Assembly (NCBI RefSeq): GCF_902652985.1
Contig: NC_047016.1
Location: forward strand, 24,738,001 to 24,802,000
Origin: Pecten maximus
Lineage: Eukaryota
Reading direction: 5' to 3'
Length of the DNA: 64,000 nucleotides
Position numbers and translations under genes: made by a program. Position 1 is the first letter of the stretch. Every line of letters starts with the position of its first letter. A model generated the notes under the pieces. The model had not been told where the DNA came from. It saw only the letters and a program-made list of their open reading frames with translations, and searched no databases. This document shows positions 52,731-64,000 of this stretch, piece after piece.

Positions 52731-54675
52731 TAACTTTTGAATGTTCAGCAGCTCAACATACGACATACGACATTCAGATTTTGAATGTTCAGCCGCTGAA
52801 CATACGACATACGACATTCAGATTTTGATTTTGAATGTTCAGCGGCTCGACATACGACATACGACATTCAAATTTTGAATGTTCAGTCGCTGAACGGGTG
52901 CATTTATATAAAACATATCTTTGAATGGAGCCCTTTGAAAAAGCACAAGGCTAATAAGGCCACGTCCGCCTTTAAAGCAAACACGTTTTGCTTCATCGAC
53001 AACATACCGCCTTATAGGTCAAATACGGGTTTTAAACACGCATGATTTCATACCGCAAAATAAAATTTAAAATTTCCAAGTGGGATTCAGATGTTGACAA
53101 TAGGACCCAAAGTCTTCATCAATCGGTATCTTTCGAAACTTTATGCTGCTTATTCTTTTGTCAGTAGAAGGCACCTGTCACGGTTATCCTGATAATGTAA
53201 ACAATTCCTAGATAATCGAAGCAGTGATATCACTACCTAGAAATAGAAAGTTAACTTCAATCGGAAATTAAATCATCACGCTTATTATAAAGCTCCGTAG
53301 TACGCTCTCTCTGCTAGCTAGATGGTAAGTTAAGATCGAGGAATGCGGTTGACATCAAAATGCTATTCTCAAATTCTTTACATGAAGCATGTTTTGAATG
53401 TTCAGCCGCTGAACATACGACATTCAAAACTTCATATCTTGTGTTTTTACCAGCCAACGAGGTAACTTTTGAATGTTCAGCAGCTCAACATACGACATTC
53501 AAATTTTGAATGTTCAGCCGCTGAACATACGACATACGACATTCAGATTTTGAATGTTCAGCCGCTGAACATACGACATACGACATTCAAAACTTCATAT
53601 CTTGTGTTTTTACCAGCCAACGAGGTAACTTTTGAATGTTCAGCAGCTCAACATACGACATTCAAATTTTGAATGTTCAGCCGCTGAACATACGACATAC
53701 GACATTCAGATTTTGAATGTTCAGCCGCTGAACATACGACATACGACATTCAAAACTTCATATCTTGTGTTTTTACCAGCCAACGAGGTAACTTTTGAAT
53801 GTTCAGCAGCTCAACATACGACATACGACATTCAGATTTTGAATGTTCAGCCGCTGAACATACGACATACGACATACGACATTCAGATTTTGATTTTGAA
53901 TGTTCAGCGGCTCGACATACGACATACGACATTCAAATTTTGAATGTTCAGCCGCTGAACATACGACATACGACATTCAGATTTTGAATGTTCAGCCGCT
54001 GAACATACGACATACGACATTCAGATTTTGATTTTGAATGTTCAGCGGTTCGACATACGACATACGACATTCAGATTTTGAATGTTCAGCCGCTGAACAT
54101 ACGACATACGACATTCAAAACTTCATATCTTGTGTTTTTACCAGCCAACGAGGTAACTTTTCAATGTTCAGCAGCTCAACATACGACATACGACATTCAG
54201 ATTTTGAATGTTCAGCCGCTCAACATACGACATACGACATTCAGATTTTGATTTTGAATGTTCAGCGGCTCGACATACGACATACGACATTCAAATTTTG
54301 AATGTTCAGCCGCTGAACATACGACATACGACATTCAGATTTTGAATGTTCAGCCGCTGAACATACGACATACGACATTCAAAACTTCATATCTTGTGTT
54401 TTTACCAGCCAACGAGGTAACTTTTCAATGTTCAGCAGCTCAACATACGACATACGACATTCAGATTTTGATTTTGAATGTTCAGCGGCTCGACATACGA
54501 CATACGACATTCAAATTTTGAATGTTCAGCCGCTGAACATACGACATACGACATTCAAAACTTCATATCTTGTGTTTTTACCAGCCAACGAGGTAACTTT
54601 TCAATGTTCAGCGGCTGAACATTCAAAATCTGAATGTCGTATGTCGTATGTTCAGCGGCTGAACATTCAAAATCT
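52731..54675. repeat. Palindrome-rich ~44-bp satellite (ttttgaatgttcagccgctgaacatacgacatacgacattcaga) with higher-order spacer, split by a duplicated block
   Basis: Tandem units at 52731-52895 and 53392-54675; the last ~70 bp are inverted. Confidence 0.95.
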
Positions 54676-57533
54676 AATGATCTCCTAGGAATCTTATGGT
54701 CCATGTTCATGTTCATATTTCCCGAAGTCATTTACTTTACCTCGCTACTTTCGAGCGATTCGTAATTGCATTCGTTTATGCAAGCTCGATGCGCGAACGT
54801 GTGTACTGTGCCTAATTAATCTTAGGAGAGTACACTACCTTTATCATCTCTCATATGATGTTTGATTTTGTATGGCCATATCACAAATGTCCTGGTTGAT
54901 TTTTTTTTTTTTCAAATGACTTTTGCATCATGTATTCTCATTGCCGATGAAGCAATGACATAAATTACCAGTTTCGATATGTCTACCTTATACATGCCCG
55001 ATAACATGGTAAGATAAGCAATACATTGATACATTAATTATTTTGTACCCTAAAAATAATTTTTGAATAAAATAAAGAATGTAGGTTAATTTGCACAGAA
55101 TAGAGAATAATACAGTTAACATGTCAGACCCACGTGTATAGACATGCACACTCGTAGTCATTCACGAAATAAGGACGGTATTGAATTTTCTACTCGTAGT
55201 TATATCCCAAATATTTAAAAGTTTTCTTCAAAAATATGGACTAATATAAGGAATATACAAATCTACGATACAACGAATACACATCGATAGGTTTGGGTAC
55301 CGATACATAAGGTGAAGGCCACAGCAAAGTCACTCAAGTATAACTAGTCACAAAGTTTTAAATAAAAAAAATAGAGACATCCCAAATGTTGTCTCAGGAA
55401 TTGTTTATTTTTCGATCGATAACTAGGTTTTATTTCCCTAAGATATCATGACGCACGGCTGTTGGACTCAAAACAAAAAGGAAAATTTGCATAATTAAGA
55501 AGGAATGGACCACAAATTAGATTCGACACAACCGCAGCATTCGATTAAACAGTGTTCGAAACATCCATGTTTAATTTACTAAGACAAATAAGAAGAAACA
55601 TCGGGACCTAACAAAACATTCAACTCATAGGATGTATTCGATTCAAGAATGCTCGGTACATGAGAGTTTTACGGTATATACATTAATAGTTGTTTCCTTG
55701 ATTACCAAGGGCACTCGCACAAAACATCTTTGAAAGCAATCCTTCAAGTGTTAAAACCAGTTTGTTCATATAACCTTTGATATGAGTCAAGGTCACATGT
55801 TTTTGCAATCATTGTCTCCCGTTGTCCAGAAAATCTACCAGCCAAATATTTTGTTTCTAAACATTTCGGTTTGTTGAAACAAGTCATTTTGGCTAAAAAA
55901 CAATAATTGAATATAGTCAATGGACGTTTTAAGCAAAGTATGTATCGGTAAGATCCCTCCCAGTGTTTGGTTATTGCATTAGCTCACTTGTGCATTTTTA
56001 TAATAGTTTCAGGCTTTGTCGTATTACTTCATTAAATAACCAAATCTACTTAAATGAAACGGGTCAGCTGTTGGTGCAATGAAATACAAAGACAGACTCG
56101 GTGTTTTTCACGGTTTTGTTTCAAAACAAGTCAATCGATATTTGCTTTACCAGTATATAACTTCTAAGGAGTTATCTGACAATTAATCGTTATAGAAAAT
56201 TTAAGTCGTAATACAACTCAAGACTGTAGTTTTAAGACCTTTCAACCAGAACAGTGGGCAAGTCTGTACATAAGCAACATTATTAAGCATGATAACTCAA
56301 ACCAAGGTATAAACTTTTAAAATGCGAAATTAGGTGACGATGCATAGACTTTTTCCCTGTGTTGAGGGTTTGACAGAAAAATCTCAGACCCTCGATGTGA
56401 TATTTTGACAAGGAAACGCAACTTCCATTCCGAAAATGACTGTAATAGTATTAGCTCTGAATACTATTCTACAAGTTCTAAAATATCTAGAATTGATACA
56501 CAATCAGCAGAGTGATTTGAGGCCAAGCCCTGAATAAGTTACAGCGTAATAACTGATTGTTCACCATTCAACTATTTTTTTTAATTAGGAAATCATTTCG
56601 GTATTATCAGTTGCTATGCTTTCCGGACGTTTTGTCTGCAGAAATCTGGAAACCATCTAACAGATGAAAGTTTAAACAACTGATCTTCTAGTTTCGAAGA
56701 TTTTGTCGGCGATCTTTACTTTTGTCGCAAAGCTACATGCATTGTGATTCAATGATAAGTCATCATTTGTTTACGGAACACAATTGGTATCACTTTCTAT
56801 GTCTTTATTTATTCTAAAACATGTAGTGGTACAATGTTTTAAAGAGAGCATCTGTTATTTTCTTTCGTAGGGGATTCGAAACTATGTAACTCGCCCACGA
56901 AATTTAAACTAGCTTCTTAATTAAGAACCAGCTGTATTATTTATACAAAAACTTTCGAATTAGCTCAGAACAGTGACCGATGCGTGAACTATTCCATCTC
57001 GTACGATAACGACTCTTCATGAACTGTTGTTATGCTCACAGAGTGGTACATGTAGGTAGTAAGCATTGGTACCACAAAACGTATTATCAGCTGAAATGAA
57101 TTAGGTGTCTCCTGCCGCTTCCTTTTCTTCAGGTGAAGTCCTATTATCTTCGGTACTGTAATTATATTGATTCTTATTATATCTCCTTTATGATTATTAC
57201 ATTTAAGAACCGCCTTACATGTACTGATTTCAGCTACGTCAATACTTCTATATCACAGCAGATATAGAAAATCTGTGCTCTATGACGTCACGACATATTA
57301 ATGACAACTGTACCCTCTAAAACAAATGAGGCCATTACCCCGTCGTTATGTAGAACTAATAACTCGAGTGTCGGTCACTCCACGAAAATATCTGGGGGAA
57401 AATCAAAGTTCCGAATACAATGAATAAAAGCAAACTGAAACGGATATAATTCAGCGGTTTAAAGATAACATTCTTAATGAGAGGAGTATTAAAGCAGCAC
57501 GTTATATATGTTTTCATAATGAATACGAGAACT

Positions 57534-58071
57534 GCAGAGAGGTTGGCCCTGTCACTGTTGGTAATCTAATATATTGTACAATGTGTGTGGTTCACTAGAG
57601 ACCTGTACTATGTAGAGAGGTTGGACCTGTAACTGTTGGTAACCGAATATATTGTCCAATGCGTGTGGTTCACTAGAGACCTGTACTATGTAGAGAGGTT
57701 GGACCTGTAACTGTTGGTAACCGAACCCATTGTCCAATGCGTGTGGTTCACTAGAGACCTGTACTATGTAGAGAGGTTGGACTTGTAACTGTTGGTAACC
57801 GAACACATTGTCCAATGCGTGTGGTTCACTAGAGACCTGTAATGTGTAGAGAGGTTGGACCTGTAACTGTTGGTAACCGAACCCATTGTCCAATGCGTGT
57901 GGTTCACTAGAGACCTGTACTATGTAGAGAGGTTGGACCTGTAACTGTTGGTAACCGAACACATTGTACAATGCGTTTGGTTCACTAGAGACCTGTACTA
58001 TATAGAGAGGTTGGACCTGTAACTGTTGGTAACCGAACACATTGTACAATGTGTGTGGTTCACTAGAGACC
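57534..58071. repeat. 78-bp minisatellite, ~7 copies
   Basis: Repeated agagaggttggacctgtaactgttggtaaccgaac...gcgtgtggttcactagagacctgtactatgt. Confidence 0.95.
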
Positions 58072-58913
58072 AGGGTAACCAGTTTGAAGAATAAGTTATG
58101 ATCTTGTTCAGTAGGTGTTATCTTATTTCAGAATGAAGACGTGCAGAGTTCCTTAGGTTATCATATGTGTATTAATTTTACTTTGAGATTTGAGAATGTA
58201 AATTGTCCAGGTATGAAAGGCAAAATCCTTTTAAGTAATTGATATACGAAATGATAAATGATTTAGGATACTTTTGTTACATATATCTTGCATTTTACAT
58301 GGTTTAAAGGGGTAATTCAATGAATAACAGACCGAACGTGTGATAAACAGAAATATTTGTAAATGGCGTGAATCATGCTACTAATAAATACAATTATATT
58401 GCTGTCAAATTATAATATGAATAAAATCTATTATCGTACGAATAAAGTGATAACAAATGGTAACATATACGTAATACAAAAGGTACGTATCCCATCTTAA
58501 CATTCACTTTACTTCAATTATGCAATTTAAATTAACTTTGTTATAGACAGATTATTATTTTTATCGTACCCAACAGTTCCTCGATTTTATCATATGCTAT
58601 ATCAATAGGTTTTGGCAATAGTTTGTTTAGTGAATATGTTAGCTACTTCAAACATTTTATTTATTGTATAGATTTGTAGTTATTAACAATAATTGGGCAT
58701 AGTATCAAAATTGTATTCAAGAATGTAAACCCATTCCATGCACTCGCCTACTGATGACTGACGTCAAATTTCTCATTCATTCCAATGTGTTGTTAATCTG
58801 GATTTTTTTAAAATTATATTAACTTTGAATGTGTATCTGCTTTGCAATAATTAAATAATAAATGATATACTAGTGTTAGATAAAGTCTCAATATTGAAAA
58901 CGTGTCCTCGTTA

Positions 58914-59453
58914 TTAGTAATCTGGTAGAGGATGAAAGTGATCATCTTCTGGATTTAGTTGCCGTTTCCGTCTACGAACCGTCTTTGATAAGTGGTAATT
59001 ATATGTTCCTACCTCATATTTTATTGTACGAGGTTTAATGCTATCCTGTCCATGAATGCCTTTGGCCCATTTAAGGATATTTTCGTCTTGTGCCATCTTA
59101 TTGTCGTCTGTTTTCCCTTTTGTCTGGACATCCTCGATAATAGCTTTTAATTTCCCGCGTTTTTCTTTCTTTGCTTTAATGTTATCTTCGGTACTATCAT
59201 TATGACGCAGTAATTTTTCTCCGTAGCTTTCCTTTAACCGAGCTAAGAACTGTTCCTTCTTTTCCTCCAATGTCGTCTGTGACCAAGGCCAGGCCAATTC
59301 GGTGAAGGCTAACAAATGAAGCAGGGTACCCCATCGATGCATCACCATTCCACAGAACTGTATTAGGAGAAGTGCCATGAAGAATATAACAAAGGAAAGT
59401 CCGAGTACATCAACTTGGAGGTAATCGGTGGATCCACCTTCTTCTCCCCATAT
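58914..59453 (-). CDS. CHS: Paralog CHS terminal exon (IWGEEGGSTDYLQVDVLGLSFVIFFMALLLIQFCGMVMHRWGTLLHLLA...PLPDY*)
   Basis: tttctag acceptor; QVDVLG and HRWGT motifs; 540 nt to TAA. Confidence 0.93.
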   Translation of the reverse strand: MWGEEGGSTDYLQVDVLGLSFVIFFMALLLIQFCGMVMHRWGTLLHLLAFTELAWPWSQTTLEEKKEQFLARLKESYGEKLLRHNDSTEDNIKAKKEKRGKLKAIIEDVQTKGKTDDNKMAQDENILKWAKGIHGQDSIKPRTIKYEVGTYNYHLSKTVRRRKRQLNPEDDHFHPLPDY

Positions 59454-62341
59454 CTAGAAACGTTAAGATCGAGCTACAGGGGTTTCTTTAACGACTACAC
59501 ATTAAATTCTATGTTTCAACTTGAATAGTGGCGCAATAAAAACATAATCTCAAACATGTAACGCAATGAATTAATGACATGTTTAATAACATTTGTTAAA
59601 GGTAGTTATGGTAATATACAATGTGCGTGATAATCATCCATTATCTAAAATACACTATACACTTATTATCAATATGTTGAGATTCAGCAATAAGCATTTG
59701 TATACAAGTAACAATCATGAAATGTAAAATAGAACATTATTTAGACACCAATACTTCCGCCCTTCTATAATGGATATTTCGGTAAACCCGAACACTTATA
59801 AAAAAAACCTGTTAGAGTAACAACAGAAAGTTGACCACGAAACAATTTGACCAAAATCGGTTGCTATTGGTAACAATTTTGTATTCTGTCAAATGATCTT
59901 ACGTTCTAAAGAGTATGAATTCTTGCAAATAATGCAGGTAGGGCGTAAGAATTGTACCTGCTACCCCCATTGCATGATCGTAAAAGGCGACTAAATTTGG
60001 GATCTTATCTTTTTTCTTCTTTCTTAACAACTTTCTTCTTCCTAATGTCTCCCTTGTCAATGCCTCACGTTTGGCCTTTAGTTGAGCGTTCGCCGCTGTG
60101 AGGAAGGCTTTGGGCTCTGTCCCCTGGCCGAGACATACCAGAGTCTTTAAAAATGGTAGTTCCTACTCCTGTTTAGCGCTCAGCATATTTGGAGTGGGAC
60201 GACTGGTTCGCCCGTTGTCAGTATAATGTGACCGGGTGGGGTGTGCTGCTGGGTGTCTTCGGCAGTATGCTTCAGTGAGGTAGCACTATAAATCGGCAAA
60301 AGTTCCGGCCTTTCACAAGGAGACGTAACACGAACATACCGCAGCCTCCCAAAACACACATACGCACTCAGCACACGCATGCATGTCGCACGCACGGGAG
60401 GCCGTCCTTAAATAGGACGTTAAACTAAATAAACCAAACCAAACCAATTGCAAATAATGAGCTCAAAGATGTAGGAAAATATAGTCGGCATAGTGATTTT
60501 ATATTCTAGTTCCTTATGTGATATGAAGAAAGATAAGTTTGATGCTTGTTGCTATGCTCCGTGGTTCTGTTGTTACCACATTAGGGATTTTGACTTAATC
60601 CGGATTTGATTGAGAATTTTCATAACAAGTATCGTTGAGAAAGCAGAAAACGCCTACCTTTCTGGCGTTCCTGGTCTTATTTTCCTTGCACTTTTTCACA
60701 AATCTCGGTACAAATCCATAATTTTTGAAATCTATTGATTAAGATTGTCAATTTTGGTTTGATGATTTTGTTGGTATTTGGTAGTCAAAATTTCAGGAAA
60801 ATCGGTGATCGGTTTTAAAAGTGTTGTGCATTATTAACCTACATACGTCAGCTGATAATTTACAGCAAATCATACCCATACGAATATAAGAACAGTTAAC
60901 AGTACACAGCATTGTTTAATAGTTCGGGATAACGTTCTATTGTTTGTACAACAGGTCCTTTATTTGCTCTACGGATTGTTATGGTCAAATGTAAATTGAG
61001 CAAATTTGATTTTTTGAGGGCTGAAATTGGCAAAACTGACGAAGATATGTTCTCTACAATAATATATCAAAATTAATACAAAATATAATGTTATTCATAT
61101 CGTTGGCGACAATACTTAAGTTTTTGGATTCACTCAGATTGTAAGTACATGTAGTTAACTTTTTTTCGGATAACATTTATATTCTGCGCAAACTGTACAT
61201 AGAAATGATGATGAAGAAATGCCATCATTAGTGAATAGCAAACATCGGTATCGAAGACAAAGGTAGCAAAGGTAATATTGTATATTTGTTACCATTTTTA
61301 CTTAACATACATCGCACTCTCGTAACCAAGATTGCCAGTACCCAAACACATTACTATAACTTTATATTGACAGTGATGTATATGCATTTGCGTCACTGGA
61401 TCGTCGCTTGTCTATCTCCATTTATAATCTCCTACCTAATTTCTATCGTCGTTCCCTACATAACTTCGTCCTATAAGAATAGTGCATCCCTGCTATTTAG
61501 ATCGCCTGTATACGTTCCATGATTTGACAAAGGACGATTCAAACATATTGGTAGGCTGATTAGTCCCCTACCAATGATATGGTGGAGTATAAGTTTCCTC
61601 TCCGTCCGTATTTCGTATGTACGTAATGCTTAAGTTTATCAGTACTATAGTGGCTCCATTCCCTGAGGAAGTTTAATCAAAATGAACATAATGAGATTAA
61701 AGGAAATATCTCGGACAAGCCTAATTTTCAGGATTTTTGGGTCAAGGTCCAGGTCACCGGCAAAGTTTTTGAGTGAGAACGGGTAGGGAACATGCTTTTA
61801 GCAATACCCAATCGGCTTTTTATGGTACATTTGGATCAGCCTTGAAAGTATGAATTAAAAAACTGTGTATTGGATTTAAGACGTTTCATTGACTGCATTT
61901 TGTCACCTTCATCACATAAGATTGTTTTATTCTTATATTCATAAACTATGTGTTCAGATGTTTGTAAAGGACTCCACCTATATTTGAAAACGTAGCAATG
62001 TTTTGATTTCAGCTTAAATTGTAAAGAGTTTGTATCAGATATTATTTACTCCTTACTTAGAAATGTATTTTTGTATTAGATCGTCTTAAATCTAATATCT
62101 ACGAAAACAATACGATAACAGTTTCAAAAATAGTATAATTGTGTTTCCAAAAAGAATTATACTCACAGACGGAATGGGAATGGTCACGAGGCCAGGACCG
62201 CGGAGCTGGAACATGAAGTTAACAGCTATCCAGATTACGTTGATGACAGCTATACCGCCGCACACTCCGTTACGTAGTTCAATCAGTCTGTCTTGTGTTT
62301 CCTTCTGTATCTTCACGTTAGCATCTAAAGGCGCCAGGTAC
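58914..62341 (-). CDS. CHS: Second chitin synthase paralog, 3' end only (last two exons; gene continues beyond the window)
   Basis: Exons 62167-62341 and 58914-59453 align with exons 33-34 of the + strand gene and have the same intron phases. Confidence 0.92.
59935..60447 (+). mobile_element. Composite SINE-like retroelement with 12-bp TSD, in the last intron of the paralog
   Basis: TSD ttgcaaataatg (59923-59934 and 60448-60459); degenerate tRNA-like segment, SINE-like body, (AAACC)n tail. Confidence 0.85.
61559..61820 (+). mobile_element. Degenerate Helentron/HINE-like non-autonomous element
   Basis: ttagtcccctacc start, tccgtccgt microsatellite, ggtcaaggtc motif, T-rich end; family assignment from recalled pattern only. 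Confidence 0.45.
62167..62341 (-). CDS. CHS: Paralog CHS penultimate exon (YLAPLDANVKIQKETQDRLIELRNGVCGGIAVINVIWIAVNFMFQLRGPGLVTIPIPS)
   Basis: ccatag acceptor, gtgagt donor; homologous to 42842-43013. Confidence 0.92.
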
Positions 62342-64000
62342 CTATGGAATACACACGAGCAAGTTCATTCCAATAAAGCGAAAATCAAGCCAATATCACC
62401 ATCACGAATATTATCCTAAATTTGTTTAGTATAATTTATCATATTAAACTACTGCAAAAATCGTAATTCTTCAGGTCGAGATTCCCTGTTTCGCCTTAAG
62501 CTCATTTAAATACATGCATACAATGATAACATATCATTCGAAACTAGGTCGATAATGATATGTTACGAAATGATGCTTAATATACCGACTGTTCACGGAT
62601 TCCATTGTATTGTGGCATTTGATTTCATAAGATTGGTACTTTGTTTACCTAAAAAGTATGACCGGCTAAACCAGGTCGTCGTCAGGCTTCGGTTTATAGA
62701 AAAAAAAATTTAATCTACCCAAGCTTTTAAAGAAAACTCCGCTTCATATGATAATACCTGACACTACATCGTGAGCGATATAGGTGTATCGTTCGTTGTG
62801 GTTATGTTATGGTAAACATGCAAAGTTAGTAAATAATTTAAGAATATCAAACACACAAAATGCTACACACCAAAATTAACTGAAACACAGTCACATAAAT
62901 ATGATCCCCAAAGGGCACTAACACGTATGCCTTGTAAAAAAGCATGTGACATGCATGCAAATTAATGAAATTACTACAGATTTAGTACCAAGATTTGACA
63001 AATACACTACATACTTGTTAAACCATTTATTGGTGTTCTATGAGGTAATATAACGCTTTTATGTCTGATCTGTCAGCGGGGTAGCAATTTTTTCGCTAGT
63101 TCTGTTTTCAGTGACCCATTAGTGAATCGCTACCTCTTGTTCGTGAACTTGTCTGCGCATGTTCGTATTGATAGTTGTTTAAGGCGATTGATTTGAGTTT
63201 AAGTGTCGTGTTTCGGTAAATTTTATAACTTTTATTAGTTATTAAAAAAGCGAGATTCCCGCTATCAACGGAAGATCCCTTTAAAATTCAATTATCGTGA
63301 ATTCGTTAGTTTTCTAGGAAACAACCAAACGTAACCTTCCTAATCCTTACGAAATGCCCTGGTAAGAGGCCAGAGAAAATCAAGGTTCGCTTTTTGACCT
63401 ACATCCTAAACACGCTGGTCTACACAACTGCACTAGATCCAACTATATTAGTCCCCATTAGTGCTTTTCACTAAACGGGTGCACGATAATCCAAGCATGT
63501 ACCCAAGCATAATTTGAATAAACATAAACAATGAATCCAAGCACGAAATATCGCCTTACTTGGTTGTCGTAATCAAGGCAGAGGGACCCGATCCTACTCC
63601 GCCGACACTTGAAAAAAACAAACGACAAATCTCTTCAATCTTTTCCCTTTTATATACTGACAGAAAATGGTAACGCAATTGGTTTTTGGTAGTGAATATT
63701 GCATAAGTTATTGTTCGAAAAATTATCAAAAATGATGACTTAAGAGTGTACCCAAACAGTTTAACGGGAATTGCTCGGGACCTGGCCCGGGTTACATTAT
63801 CGTTTCGTTACTAAACATTCAATATCATTACAGAATTACAGGAACATACTTATGGTGGCACCATCTTGTTTGATAAATTCGCTTGCCTGTTTATATCATT
63901 ATCACGACAAGTTGTGTTATTTTCTTGGAACAGGGCGTATTTTGACAAAATTAATGACCACATGAGGAAATGTTTTATTCATATTTAAAATTTTAATTTA

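Larger units (their letters stand above)
49945..55110. repeat. Tandem segmental duplication of GPCR flanks (49945-50444 = 52893-53396; 52117-52732 = 54674-55110)
   Basis: Near-identical blocks with scattered SNPs and indels. Confidence 0.93.

Noticed and set aside
53469-54688. Repeated short ORFs (ECSAAEHTTYDIQ...)
   Set aside because: Satellite translations

Overview
AT-rich, intron-rich animal genomic DNA, most likely a bivalve mollusc (inferred from gene architecture and repeat types); it is not prokaryotic. The main feature is a ~39.4-kb + strand gene (ATG 5117, stop 44498) with ~34 coding exons that I spliced manually and that are phase-consistent except across an assembly gap. It encodes a ~2,490-aa myosin-motor/chitin synthase fusion: myosin head ([23 protein letters not shown]), one IQ-like motif, an FG-rich linker, a multi-TM region, the GT2 chitin synthase core (CGTMWHE, DGD, QTFEY, EDR, QRRRW, WGTRE) and a long cytoplasmic tail. 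Two N-gaps fall in it, one inside an exon. The last two exons of a diverged chitin synthase paralog lie on the - strand (58914-62341), tail-to-tail with the first gene. Between them is a disrupted intronless class-A GPCR (50844-52057). Both its flanks are duplicated immediately next to it, and in the second copy a palindrome-rich satellite occupies the place of the receptor body. Introns and spacers hold about nine unrelated minisatellite arrays, MITEs, SINEs (one with a 12-bp TSD) and a LINE remnant. Myosin-chitin synthase fusions are already known in molluscs; the potentially new items are the locus arrangement and the repeat architecture.
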